From Sandaracinaceae bacterium (GTDB lineage: Bacteria > Myxococcota_A > Polyangia > Polyangiales > Sandaracinaceae), in the NCBI GenBank assembly GCA_044220955.1, contig JBGAQA010000024.1:1-64000 (forward strand): a stretch of DNA of 64,000 nt, written 5' to 3'. Under the pieces are notes generated by a model that saw only the letters and a list, made by a program, of their open reading frames with translations, had not been told where the DNA came from and ran no database searches. Position numbers and translations under genes: made by a program. Shown one piece after another: positions 18,978 through 28,853 of the stretch (the stretch's first letter is position 1; each line of letters starts with the position of its first letter).

Positions 18978-20648
18978 ATGAAGCGGGAACGGGCTCTCTA
19001 CGTTGTCTCTCTGCTGAGCGCAGTGCTCTCGCTCGCGATGCTGTTCGCGCCGACCCGCGCGAGCGCGCAGGACATGGTGTTCAGCGTCGAGGACACCGGA
19101 ACGGGCGCCGCGCCGCCACCGGAAGAAGGGCCGCCGTCCGAGGCGCTCGCGAACGCGCTCCGTCTGTACCAGCAGGAGCGGTACATGGAGGCGTCGGTGC
19201 AGTTCCAGCGCGTCGTCGGCGGCGAGACGGAAGACGCGCCGGGCAACGTGCAGAAGGCCCAGTTCTTCCTCGGCAAGTCGCTCTACCACCTGCGCTACTA
19301 CCAGTCGGCGCTCGCGATCTTCGACGAGATCACGCAGATGGGCACCGGCCACATCTACTTCGGCCAGACGCTGCAGTGGCTCGCGCAGCTCGCCTCCCAG
19401 CTGCCCGAGCCCGCCGGCATCATCGAGAAGATCGGCCGCTACCCGGTCGAGGATCTCGAGCAGTTCAACAACGCGGACAGCGCCGACCTCTACAACCAGC
19501 TGCTCTACCTCATGGGCCGCTACCGCTACGGCCAGGGCGAGTTCGACGGAGCGATCGAGCTGTTCCAGCGCGTCGCCGAGGACTCTCGCTACTACGTGAA
19601 CGCGCGCTTCTTCGAGGGTATCTCGCACGTGCGCCTGCGCCGCGCGCAGCCTGCCGTCACGTCGTTCCGCGCCATCATCGACGCGATCGATCACGGCGCG
19701 ACGGGCGTCGAGGACACGGGCCGCATGCGCGACCTCGCGTGGATCTCGCTGGCCCGCGTCTACTACGCCGCGGCGAACCACACGGACGCCGAGACCGGCG
19801 AGCGCGAGGTCGACGGGCGCCTTCTCGGCAACGCCGTCGAGGCGTGGAACCGGGTCGGTCAGAACAGCGAGTACTGGCTCGACGCCCTCTTCGAGGAGAG
19901 CTGGGCCTTCTTCCTCGCCGACGAGTACGCGCGCTCGATGGGCAACATCCACACGCTCTTCTCGCCCTACTTCGAGGACGCCTACTACCCGGAGGCGCTC
20001 GTCCTCAAGGCGGTCGTCTTCTTCTCGGCGTGTCAGATCGAGAACGCACGCGCGATGATCTCGCAGTTCCACGAGCGCTACGATCCGGTGCAGGCCGAGC
20101 TGAACTCGACGCTCGACCAGTTCCAGGACAACCAGCAGTTCTTCGACTTCCTCCAGCAGGTCCGCAACGGCGAGGCGGACCTCTCCCCCGGCATCCGCGG
20201 CGTCGTTTCGTCCGCGCTCTCGGACCGCACCGTCCTGCGCCACCTGGAGTACGTCAGGCTCCTCGAGGAAGAGGAGGCGCGCCTGAACGAGTCGCCGGCG
20301 GAGTTCCGCAACTCGCCGCTCGGTGCGCGCATCCTGCAGGACATCTTCGTCGCGAAGAGCTTCGCGATCGACCAGGCGGGCGATCTCGCTCGCGGCCGGT
20401 ACAACCGCCTCATCGACGACCTCAACGAGCTGCTGACGCAGGTCGACACGGTCGAGCTCGAGATCGCCACCTACGAGCGCGGCGGCCTCAGCGCCGAGCT
20501 CCAGCAGCAGCAGACGGAGCTGCAGCAGTCGGGCGGTCTCGAGGTCCACGTCGACGAGGAGCACCAGATGTGGCCGTTCGACGGCGAGTACTGGCGCGAC
20601 GAGCTGGGCTTCTACCGCCAGCAAGTCACGTCGCGGTGCGGCCGCTGA
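18978..20648 (+). CDS. gltC: Adventurous gliding motility TPR protein GltC (AgnA)-like
   Basis: Signal peptide ASA-Q, TPRs, KAQFFLGK.LY, LFEESWAFF, GNIHTL.SPYF and C-terminal WPFDGEYWRDELGFYR..V.S.CGR. Confidence 0.8.
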   Translation: MKRERALYVVSLLSAVLSLAMLFAPTRASAQDMVFSVEDTGTGAAPPPEEGPPSEALANALRLYQQERYMEASVQFQRVVGGETEDAPGNVQKAQFFLGKSLYHLRYYQSALAIFDEITQMGTGHIYFGQTLQWLAQLASQLPEPAGIIEKIGRYPVEDLEQFNNADSADLYNQLLYLMGRYRYGQGEFDGAIELFQRVAEDSRYYVNARFFEGISHVRLRRAQPAVTSFRAIIDAIDHGATGVEDTGRMRDLAWISLARVYYAAANHTDAETGEREVDGRLLGNAVEAWNRVGQNSEYWLDALFEESWAFFLADEYARSMGNIHTLFSPYFEDAYYPEALVLKAVVFFSACQIENARAMISQFHERYDPVQAELNSTLDQFQDNQQFFDFLQQVRNGEADLSPGIRGVVSSALSDRTVLRHLEYVRLLEEEEARLNESPAEFRNSPLGARILQDIFVAKSFAIDQAGDLARGRYNRLIDDLNELLTQVDTVELEIATYERGGLSAELQQQQTELQQSGGLEVHVDEEHQMWPFDGEYWRDELGFYRQQVTSRCGR

Positions 20649-20653
20649 TCTCT

Positions 20654-20676
20654 CGGGGCGCCTTCGTGGCGCCCCG
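20654..20676 (+). other. Stem-loop between gltC and gltD
   Basis: CGGGGCGCC-TTCGT-GGCGCCCCG with a weak U tail. Confidence 0.45.
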
Positions 20677-20760
20677 CTTCGTTGGGGTGACCACCCAAAG
20701 GTCGCCTCGCTCAGGGTTCCCTTGTTCCTAGACCGACTCCCGTAGCCCGCTCGGGGCCAG

Positions 20761-23700
20761 ATGGTGGACACGATGGGTCATCGAATCGAAAATCGGCCCG
20801 CTGCGCGGGCACTCCAGCCTCGAATCGCACTGTTGCTCCTCGCCTCCGTGGTCGGAGGTGGCCTCCCGATGCTGGTCGGTGCGCAGACGACCGGAGCCTC
20901 GACGACCACTCCGCCGTCGGCCGGCTCGGGCGGCGTGTGCATCTCGTCGACCGCGCAGTCGAGCGCGAACGCGTGCCCGTCGGGCGCGCCGCCGCCGTCG
21001 CAGCGGGCCGGAGCGCCGACGGGGGCCGCGCCCTCGTCGCACCTCCAGCAGGCGACCAAGCACGAGGAGACCAAGCACGAGCAGCAGACGGGCCCGAGCG
21101 TCACGATCGACGTGCGCTCCGAGGCGCTCCAGCAGCACGTCGAGGCCCGCGCGCTCGACCTGCTTCAGCAGGAGATCACGACGAGCGAGCGCATCGTCGG
21201 CCGCATGCGCGCCGGTGACCCGCGCGGCGCCGACTATCTCCTGCGTCTCGCCGAGACGTACTTCGAGCTCCAGACGTACTGGAACAACCACGCTCGCAGC
21301 CTCGACCAGCCCCTCTACGACGCGCAGCAGGCGCAGCAGGCCGACCGCGTCGCCGACATCCAGCGCCAGCAGCACGAGGCCGAGACGCACCTCACCGAGG
21401 CGCGGCAGAACGCGATCCGCACGTACGCCCGCCTCGTCCAGGACTACCCGGACTACACGCGCATGGACGAGGTTCTGTTCTCGCTCGCGTACGCGCTCGA
21501 GGAGATGCACAACTCCGATCAGGCGCTGCAGGTCTACATGCGCCTCATCAAGGGCTACCCGCAGTCGCACTTCATCCCGCACGCCTGGCTCTCGTTCGCC
21601 GAGCACTACTTCAACGACGGCGACATGAGCGCGGCGCGGCAGTTCTACGCGAAGGTGCTCGAGTACCCGCCCGAGACGCCGAACCCGGTGTACGGCTACG
21701 CGCTCTACAAGCAGGCGTGGGTCATGTACAACCTCGAGGACTTCCGGGGTGCGCTCACGCAGTTCGTGAACGTGCTCGAGTTCGTCCAGGAGCACCCGGA
21801 CTCGCGTGACGCGACCAACCTGGCGCGTCAGTCGCGGCACGAGCTGGTCTTGCCCTACTCGCGCGTCGGCAGACCGAACCAAGCGCTCCAGTTCTTCAGA
21901 CGATACGCCACCGACGACGCGCAAGCGTTCGAGATGCTCGAGAGCTTGGCCGAGCTCTATTACGACACCGGCCAGTGGCCCGAGACCATACAAGTCTACC
22001 ACACGCTCATGAGCGAGCAGGCGAGCTCCGATCGCCTATGTTACTGGCAGAGCCGCGTCGCCAACGCGGTGGTCTCGAGCAGACCGAAACCAGAACAAGT
22101 CACCGAGATACAACGCCTGGTCGACGTGATGGATGCGTTCGCCCAGGCCAGCCACCCCGCCGAGTCCCAGACCGAGTGTCGCCAGTCGACGGCGACGGTG
22201 CTCGTCGAGCTCGCCACGGCGTGGCACCGCGAGGCGATCGGCACGGACGAGCAGCCCGGTACGAACGACCGGAACACGATGAACCTGGCGGGGCAGCTCT
22301 ACCGGATGCTCACCGAGCGCTTCCCGGACATGGAGCAGCTCGAGTTCCCCGACATCGACCGGCGGGACTGGCCGACTCTCTACCGGGTCCAGTACTTCTA
22401 CGCCGAGCTCCTCTGGCGCATGGAGAACTGGTCCGAGTGCGGCCCGGCGTTCGATCGCGTCGTCGAGCTGAACCCGCAGGGCGAGTTCACGTCCGACGCC
22501 GCGTACGCCGCGGTGCTCTGTTACAACAGCCTGTACCAGCAGCAGTACTCCGCGACGGAGCGCGACACGCGCACGCACGCCCAGGCGGCCAGCGACTCCG
22601 CGGCGACGGGAGCGCGCGGGAGGCGAGGGCGGCGAGGTCGCGCCGCCGCGGCCGAGCCCGAGGCCCCCGCAGGGCCGCCCGCACCACGCGAGCTGACGAC
22701 GGTCGAGCAGGGCATGCTCGGGGCCTTCACGCGCTTCGTCTGCTACGTCGCGGACAGCGACGAGCTGCCGACGGTCAAGTACCGTCGCGCCCGCATCTAC
22801 TACGAGTCGAACCACTACGAAGAGGCTGCGGTCCTCTTCCGGGACATCGCGTTCAACCACTCGACGAGCGAGCTCGGAGAGTTCGCGGCGAACCTGTATC
22901 TCGACTCGCTGAACACGATCTACACGCGCGACCAGAACTCGGCGTGCGTGAACGAGATCAGCCAGCAGATCGAGCCGCTCGCGCAGCTCTACTGCAACAC
23001 GCAGGAGGCGCACGACACGCACGCGGACCTCTGCCAGGTGCTCGACGACCTCCGCTGCGGCGTGCTCCGCCTGCAGGCGGAGTCGCTCCAGCACGACCAC
23101 AGCTACCGCGAGGCGGCCCAGCTCTACGTCTCCATCGCGCGTGACCACGCGGAGTGCGGGCGGCGCGACGAGATGCTCTGGAACGGAGCGATCAACTACG
23201 AGTCGGCGCGCCTGCTCGGTCGCGCCATCCAGGTGCGCCAGGCGCTGATCCGGAACTTCGGAACGAGCGAGCTGGCGCGGCGCGCGATCTATCTCGTCGG
23301 CGCGAACTACCACGCCCTCGCGATCTACTCGCAGGCCGCCGACTGGTACGAGCGCTTCGCGCGCGAGTACGCGGGCGAGGACGGAAGCTCCTGCACCGAC
23401 GAGCAACGCACCGCAGGAACCTGCGCCATCGCGTACGTCGCGCTCGAGAACGCCGTCTTCTTCCGCCTCGGCCTCGGTCAAGAGGATCAAGCGATCGCGG
23501 ACGCCGAGCTCTACGAGCGGAACTACCGGCGCACACGCGCGAGAGAGACGTCGCAGGTCATCTTCTCGCTGGGCTCGATCTACGAGCGCCGGCGCGACTG
23601 GCTCCACGTCTTCACGCACTACCACGACTTCCTCCACGACTACGGCCGCAGCGCGCTGCCGCACGAGGTCATCCGCGCCAACGTCCAGATGGGACGCGCG

Positions 23701-24576
23701 AAGTGGGAGTCCGACGACGAGGAGCACGCGGAGCCGTTCTTCCGCGCCGCCGTCTCGGCGTGGAACCACAACGCCGCGGACGCCATCGCACACGCCGAGG
23801 GCTCGGACGCCGATCGGGCCCTCTGGCTCGCCCGCGCGAAGGAAGCGACCAGCGAGGCGTTCTTCTACCTCGCCGAGTACCAGTACCAGGCGTTCCGGGC
23901 GATCCACTTCCCGCGCTTCTCCGGGCAGCGGACGCTCTCGTCGGTCATGCACTGGACGCAGGCGGACCTCTTCCCCTGGATGCAGCACAAGTTCGAGGCG
24001 CTGCACACCGCGGAGACCGCCTACAACCTGATCGCGCCGCTCGAGATCCCGCAGTGGCAGATCGCAGGCGCTGCGCGGGTCGGTGAGATGTACCGGACGA
24101 TCGTCGACGACGTGCGCTCGGCGCCGGTGCCCGAAGAGATCGAGAACGACGACGAGCTCTACGGCATCTACACCGACACCCTGGAGCGCGTGCTGAACGG
24201 CAGCTCGCCGGGGCCCGACAACCGCTGGGACACCGCGGACGACATCCAGTGCACCGAGCAGTCCACGGAAGAGACGTGCCAGCACTCGCCCATCCGGCAG
24301 GCGACCGAGCGCTTCCAGTTCTGCCTGACGCTCGCGACCCGCGTGCGTTGGTTCAACGAGTACTCGGCGCAGTGCGAGACCGAGCTGAACCAGCTCGACG
24401 CGGCGCGCTACCCGCTGGCCGCGGAGCTCCGCGGCACGCCCTCGTTCGTGCAGGATCAGACCGCTCCGCTCACTGCGATCGAGCTGACGCACGAGGAGGA
24501 CGCCGAGGCGGACTCGGGCGACAGCGCGGTCACCGGTGGCGCGGAAGCCACGCCCACGCCGAGCACGCCGCAATGA
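20761..24576 (+). CDS. gltD: Large periplasmic TPR protein, GltD (AgmU)-like
   Basis: 1271 aa, N-terminal hydrophobic segment, LLRLAE.Y, Y.RMDEVLF.LAY, YALYKQAWV.YN, C-terminal C...A....WFNEYS..CE..L. Directly upstream of gltE/F/G. Confidence 0.75.
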   Translation: MVDTMGHRIENRPAARALQPRIALLLLASVVGGGLPMLVGAQTTGASTTTPPSAGSGGVCISSTAQSSANACPSGAPPPSQRAGAPTGAAPSSHLQQATKHEETKHEQQTGPSVTIDVRSEALQQHVEARALDLLQQEITTSERIVGRMRAGDPRGADYLLRLAETYFELQTYWNNHARSLDQPLYDAQQAQQADRVADIQRQQHEAETHLTEARQNAIRTYARLVQDYPDYTRMDEVLFSLAYALEEMHNSDQALQVYMRLIKGYPQSHFIPHAWLSFAEHYFNDGDMSAARQFYAKVLEYPPETPNPVYGYALYKQAWVMYNLEDFRGALTQFVNVLEFVQEHPDSRDATNLARQSRHELVLPYSRVGRPNQALQFFRRYATDDAQAFEMLESLAELYYDTGQWPETIQVYHTLMSEQASSDRLCYWQSRVANAVVSSRPKPEQVTEIQRLVDVMDAFAQASHPAESQTECRQSTATVLVELATAWHREAIGTDEQPGTNDRNTMNLAGQLYRMLTERFPDMEQLEFPDIDRRDWPTLYRVQYFYAELLWRMENWSECGPAFDRVVELNPQGEFTSDAAYAAVLCYNSLYQQQYSATERDTRTHAQAASDSAATGARGRRGRRGRAAAAEPEAPAGPPAPRELTTVEQGMLGAFTRFVCYVADSDELPTVKYRRARIYYESNHYEEAAVLFRDIAFNHSTSELGEFAANLYLDSLNTIYTRDQNSACVNEISQQIEPLAQLYCNTQEAHDTHADLCQVLDDLRCGVLRLQAESLQHDHSYREAAQLYVSIARDHAECGRRDEMLWNGAINYESARLLGRAIQVRQALIRNFGTSELARRAIYLVGANYHALAIYSQAADWYERFAREYAGEDGSSCTDEQRTAGTCAIAYVALENAVFFRLGLGQEDQAIADAELYERNYRRTRARETSQVIFSLGSIYERRRDWLHVFTHYHDFLHDYGRSALPHEVIRANVQMGRAKWESDDEEHAEPFFRAAVSAWNHNAADAIAHAEGSDADRALWLARAKEATSEAFFYLAEYQYQAFRAIHFPRFSGQRTLSSVMHWTQADLFPWMQHKFEALHTAETAYNLIAPLEIPQWQIAGAARVGEMYRTIVDDVRSAPVPEEIENDDELYGIYTDTLERVLNGSSPGPDNRWDTADDIQCTEQSTEETCQHSPIRQATERFQFCLTLATRVRWFNEYSAQCETELNQLDAARYPLAAELRGTPSFVQDQTAPLTAIELTHEEDAEADSGDSAVTGGAEATPTPSTPQ

Positions 24577-24593
24577 GCAGCACGGAGAAGACC

Positions 24594-26153
24594 ATGCGTC
24601 ACGTGAATCATCTCTTGGTCGTGGGTGGGCTCGCCGGTCTGATGATCGCGGGCTGTGGCGGCGGTGGGGGCGGCGGCACCACGGGGGGCGGTGGCGACAC
24701 CACCAGCGGCGGCGACGGCACGATCACGACGCCGGGCGGCAGCGTGATCACGCAGGCGGCGCAGGACGACTGGGCCGAGGCTCTGGCGGCCTACACCGCC
24801 GCGATCCCCGACGGGTGGACCCCGGCCGAGTGCTCGAACGTGCAGCACATGTTCGAGCAGGCCAACAGCACGCAGGGCGGCAACTTCACCGAGGCCGTCT
24901 ACATGATCGGCCTGACGTACGAGCAGTGCGGCGACGCGCAGCACGCGCACGACCAGTACCAGCGCGTGCTCGGGATGAACGACCACTTCTGCGGCGCGCG
25001 CGTCGCCATGGGTGTCGAGCAGTACCGGCAAGGGCACGTCGACCAGGCGATGCAGGAGTTCACGCGCGCCGTCCACGACGACACGCGCTGCACCGAGGGG
25101 TACGTCAACCTGGCGATCATCCAGCGGCGCACCCCGGCCTCGGCGGCCGACGCGCTCAACAACCTCCGGCGCGCGCTCGCCATCGACTCGGGCTACCTCG
25201 CCGCGTTCAACCAGATGGCGCTGCTCTACTACGACCAGGCCGTTCGCACGGCGGGCGGCCAGGTCACGGTCCAGGGCGGCGTGCCCGCGGGCGCGGCGGA
25301 CGCCGACGAGGACGCGGATCACCCGCACCACCAGACCGCGCGGCAGCAGCAGGGAAGCCAGATGCTCGACCTCGCCGAGGTCGTCTGCCGCCAGGCACAG
25401 CTCATCAACGGCAACTACGCCCCCATCTACAACACGTGGGGCCTCATCAACATGCAGCAGGGCAACATCATCGCGGCGCTCGCGAAGTTCGAGCGCGCCT
25501 TCCAGCTCGATCCGACGCTGTTCGAGGCGTACATGAACTTCGGCGAGATCACGCTCGGCTTCCGCGGCTACGACGACGCCGCGGGCGCGTTCCAGCATGC
25601 GACCGAGCTCCGGCCGCAGAGCTACGACGCCTTCATCGGCCTCGGCGCCGCCAAGCGCGGCCTTCAGGATCCCGACGCGGCCGAGGCGGCCTACCGCGCG
25701 GCGATCGCCATCGATGCGAACCGTCCGGAGGCGTACTTCAACCTCGGACTGCTCTACCAAGACTACCGCGACGGCGCGGAGACCACGCTCCACCAAGCGC
25801 AGGCGTTCTACCAGCAGTTCGTCCAGCACGCGGGCTCGGACGCCGTGTTCGCGCCGGCGGTCGACGCCGTGATGCACCACTGCACGCCGACCTGCCCGAC
25901 GCCGCCGGAGCAGCGCGGCCACCGCCGCCGCCGACCCGCCGCTGCTTGCACGATGGGCCGCATCCAGCAGATCGACCAGAACATCTGCCTCGTGCACGAG
26001 CTCGCCCAGATGCAGGCCGACATCGCGGCCATGCAGCAGCAGATGGCGCCGCAGGACGGGGCCGCCCCCGCCGACGGCAGCGCACCTCCCCCGTCGGACG
26101 GGTCCACGCCCCCCCCGAGCGATGGAACGACGCCGGCGCCGGCTCCACAATGA
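24594..26153 (+). CDS. gltE: TPR lipoprotein, GltE (AglT)-like
   Basis: GGAGA RBS, lipobox IAGC + Gly/Thr linker, NLRRALAID, APIYNTWGL, EAYMNFG, RPEAYFNLGLLY, Pro-rich tail. Alternative start at 24573. Confidence 0.75.
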   Translation: MRHVNHLLVVGGLAGLMIAGCGGGGGGGTTGGGGDTTSGGDGTITTPGGSVITQAAQDDWAEALAAYTAAIPDGWTPAECSNVQHMFEQANSTQGGNFTEAVYMIGLTYEQCGDAQHAHDQYQRVLGMNDHFCGARVAMGVEQYRQGHVDQAMQEFTRAVHDDTRCTEGYVNLAIIQRRTPASAADALNNLRRALAIDSGYLAAFNQMALLYYDQAVRTAGGQVTVQGGVPAGAADADEDADHPHHQTARQQQGSQMLDLAEVVCRQAQLINGNYAPIYNTWGLINMQQGNIIAALAKFERAFQLDPTLFEAYMNFGEITLGFRGYDDAAGAFQHATELRPQSYDAFIGLGAAKRGLQDPDAAEAAYRAAIAIDANRPEAYFNLGLLYQDYRDGAETTLHQAQAFYQQFVQHAGSDAVFAPAVDAVMHHCTPTCPTPPEQRGHRRRRPAAACTMGRIQQIDQNICLVHELAQMQADIAAMQQQMAPQDGAAPADGSAPPPSDGSTPPPSDGTTPAPAPQ

Positions 26154-26175
26154 GCGCTCGGTCGGCGGAGCCCCG

Positions 26176-26205
26176 TTGACCGCGTCACCCAGAGATCTGT
26201 ACAGT
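26176..26205 (+). promoter_or_regulatory. Putative internal sigma70 promoter for gltF-gltG
   Basis: TTGACC-N18-TACAGT upstream of a GGAGG RBS. Confidence 0.55.
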
Positions 26206-26238
26206 GCCCACGCTCGATCGGAGCTGGCGGAGGCGATC

Positions 26239-26484
26239 ATGAAGAAGCTGTGGATCGGAGTGTCGTTCGGTCTCGTGCTCGGGGTCTCGTCGCTGGGAGT
26301 CCCGGCGCCGGCGTCGGCGCAGGAGTCGACCACGTACGACTTCGAGGACGATCTCGTCACCGGCGATCTCGTCCGTCCCGACGGCGAGATGCTGCAGGTG
26401 CGTCGCCGAGGCCGCCGGGCGTCGCTGATCCGCGTCCGTGAGCACTTCATCCCGGAGATGCTCAAGTCGGTCGAGAATCTCTGA
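26239..26484 (+). CDS. gltF: Small secreted gliding protein GltF (CglF)
   Basis: Signal peptide, then TTYDFEDDLVTGDLVRPDG...SLIRVREHFIPEMLKSVENL. Confidence 0.85.
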   Translation: MKKLWIGVSFGLVLGVSSLGVPAPASAQESTTYDFEDDLVTGDLVRPDGEMLQVRRRGRRASLIRVREHFIPEMLKSVENL

Positions 26485-26593
26485 GCCAACACGCCGCTCG
26501 TTCGGAACCCGTCACCCACTCGGAACCTGGCGCACGACCCGTTGTCTGAGGTCGGCGTGGGGTCCGGTCCCCGGCTCCTCGGAGGGATGAATC

Positions 26594-28705
26594 TTGTCTC
26601 AGTCCAACGCGAAGGTCTCGATGACGTTCAAGATCCAGCAGGGCGACGGCCCTGTCAGGGTCGAGACGCTGTCGCAGGACATCATCAAGGTCGGCAAGCT
26701 GCCCTCGAGCCACCTGCGCATCGAAGACGAAAACGTCTCGCGCATGCACGCGGTCATCGAGGTCACGGGGCCCGACGAGATCTACATCATCGATCTCGGC
26801 TCCGCCGCCGGCACCATCGTCAACGGCAAGAAGGTCAACAAGTGCAAGCTGCAGAACGGGGACGAGATCGTCCTCGGCGGCGCGCGGGTGACCGTCGAGA
26901 TCGGCGCGGCCAGCGCCGCCGGTGACGAGGACATCACGCAGATGGCGTCGCGCGGGGAGGTGCAGGCGGCCGTGGCCGCAGCCGCGCCCGAGCCCGCCAA
27001 GCCTCCCCCCGCTCCCGCGGCCGCGCCGGCAGCCCCCGCCGCCCCGGCCGCCAACCCGTTCGCGTCGGGCGCGGCGCTTCCCATGGGCGCGCTGGCAAAC
27101 CCGTTCGCGGCGCCGGCGAATCCGTTCGCCGCCCCCGCGGCCGCGCCGGTCGAGAGCCACGGCGGCGGACATGGTGGCCACGGCCACGACGACGACGGGG
27201 ATCCGAGCCACTACCAGTACGGCATCGCTGCGAGCCAGCCGCCGGTCAACCCTGCGGACGTCGAGACGGCCGCGTCCGCCGCCGAGGTCGTCGTCATGTG
27301 GGGCGACGTGAGCGTCCTTCACGTGGCGCACCTGTCTCCGCCGCGGAGCTTCTACATCGGCGAGCCGTCGGGGAAGAACAGCCCGGACTACCTGGTCGAC
27401 GGAAGCGTGCTCGGCGGTGATCGGATGCCGCTCGTCGTCGAGTCCGGCGGCAACGTCGGGGTGGTGATCCCGGCCGGAGCAGAGGGAGAGGTGACGGTCG
27501 GCGAGCAGTCACTCTCGTTCGACGACCTCAAGTCGCAGGGCAAGCTCGCGGCGTGCGCCGAGCTGTCCGGCGCCCAGCAGTACATCTTGCCGCAGGGCGC
27601 GACGGCGAAGGTCCGCTACAAGGGCTTCACGTTCGTGACGAAGGCCACCGCCGCGGGCCGCAAGGTCGGCACGGCGGGCGACAACGACTGGACGGCGCAG
27701 ATCTGGACGGGCGTCTCGCTCGCGGTCCACGCCGCCTTCCTGCTGATGTTCTACTTCCTCCCGCCGCGTCCGGCGTCGCTCTCGCTCGATCTGCTCAACG
27801 CGGACTCGCGCCTCGTGCAGTACCTGATGGAGCCGCCCGAGACGGTCGAGGAGGAGACGCCCGAGTGGCTGCAGGAGCAGCAGCAGGAAGACGACCAGGA
27901 AGGCGGCACCGGCAAGCGTCACAAGGACGACGAAGGCGCCATGGGCGAGGAGTCGCACGAGAAGACCACGAACCGCTACGGCATCGAGGGCCCGGAGGAC
28001 AACCCCGACCCGCACATGGCGCGCGAGCAGGCTCGGGAAGACGCTCGGCAGGCGGCCTCGCAGATGGGCGCGCTGCTCCAGATGGCCGGAGCGTGGAACT
28101 CACCGACGTCTCCCTACGGGCAGGAGTCGGCGCTGGGTGCCGATCCGATGAGCGCGCTGGGCGCCCTGATGGGCGACCAGATCGGCGGCAACTTCGGCTT
28201 CGGCGGCCTCGGCCTCCGCGGCACCGGTCGCGGCGGCGGCGGCACGGGTGAGGGCACCATCGGCCTCGGCAACCTCGGCACGATCGGCCACGGCGCGGGC
28301 ACTGGCTCGGGCAGCGGCTACGGCAGCGGCGCCGGTGGCTTCCATGGCCGCGGCTCGGCGGTCCCGCACATCCGGACCGGTGAGGCGGACGTCCGCGGAT
28401 CGCTGTCGCGCGAGGTCATCCGCCGCGTCATTCGCCGTCACATCAACGAGGTGCGGTTCTGCTACGAGCAGGAGCTCGCGCAGCGCCCCGATCTCGCGGG
28501 CCGTATCACGGTCAGCTTCATCATCTCCGCGACCGGCGCCGTGCAGACGGCGAGCGTCATGAACACCACGCTGAACAATGCCCGCGTCGAGGGCTGCGTC
28601 GTGCAGGCGGTTCGGCGCTGGACCTTCCCGGCACCGGACGGTGGCGGCGTCGTCGGCGTCAACTACCCGTTCGTGCTCGACTCGACGGGCGGCGGCGAAG
28701 AGTAG
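26594..28705 (+). CDS. gltG: GltG: FHA domain, TM helix, Gly-rich region and TonB/AgmX-PglI C-terminal domain
   Basis: IIKVGKL.SSHL..EDENVSRMHA..DLGS..GT.VNG FHA domain, TM segment WTGVSLAVHAAFLLMF, GLGL.GTG.GGGG.G, LSREVIRRVI..H..EVRFCYEQEL, WTFPAP.GG.VV.VNYPF. TTG start with GGAGG RBS. Confidence 0.85.
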   Translation: MSQSNAKVSMTFKIQQGDGPVRVETLSQDIIKVGKLPSSHLRIEDENVSRMHAVIEVTGPDEIYIIDLGSAAGTIVNGKKVNKCKLQNGDEIVLGGARVTVEIGAASAAGDEDITQMASRGEVQAAVAAAAPEPAKPPPAPAAAPAAPAAPAANPFASGAALPMGALANPFAAPANPFAAPAAAPVESHGGGHGGHGHDDDGDPSHYQYGIAASQPPVNPADVETAASAAEVVVMWGDVSVLHVAHLSPPRSFYIGEPSGKNSPDYLVDGSVLGGDRMPLVVESGGNVGVVIPAGAEGEVTVGEQSLSFDDLKSQGKLAACAELSGAQQYILPQGATAKVRYKGFTFVTKATAAGRKVGTAGDNDWTAQIWTGVSLAVHAAFLLMFYFLPPRPASLSLDLLNADSRLVQYLMEPPETVEEETPEWLQEQQQEDDQEGGTGKRHKDDEGAMGEESHEKTTNRYGIEGPEDNPDPHMAREQAREDARQAASQMGALLQMAGAWNSPTSPYGQESALGADPMSALGALMGDQIGGNFGFGGLGLRGTGRGGGGTGEGTIGLGNLGTIGHGAGTGSGSGYGSGAGGFHGRGSAVPHIRTGEADVRGSLSREVIRRVIRRHINEVRFCYEQELAQRPDLAGRITVSFIISATGAVQTASVMNTTLNNARVEGCVVQAVRRWTFPAPDGGGVVGVNYPFVLDSTGGGEE

Positions 28706-28728
28706 GGTCGGCCTCGACAGGGCGGCAT

Positions 28729-28767
28729 GCGGGCGCGGCGACCGAGAGGTCCCGCGCCCGTCGCTTT
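28729..28767 (+). terminator. Stem-loop after gltG
   Basis: CGGGCGCGG(C)GACC-GAGA-GGTCCCGCGCCCG followed by TCGCTTT. Confidence 0.5.
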
Positions 28768-28798
28768 CGAGCGTCGGAAAAAATCTCGCGGTTTGCCG

Positions 28799-28828
28799 TT
28801 GAGGCGCGAGCCCGATCGCGACTAGTAT
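28799..28828 (+). promoter_or_regulatory. Putative sigma70 promoter for the TPR gene and gltI
   Basis: TTGAGG-N18-TAGTAT. Confidence 0.4.
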
Positions 28829-28853
28829 CGCCGCGCGTCCGGCGGAGGAACAC

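Noticed and set aside
21850..22115. A-rich patch in gltD as a diversity-generating retroelement template
   Set aside because: No reverse transcriptase and no second near-identical copy seen in the window.
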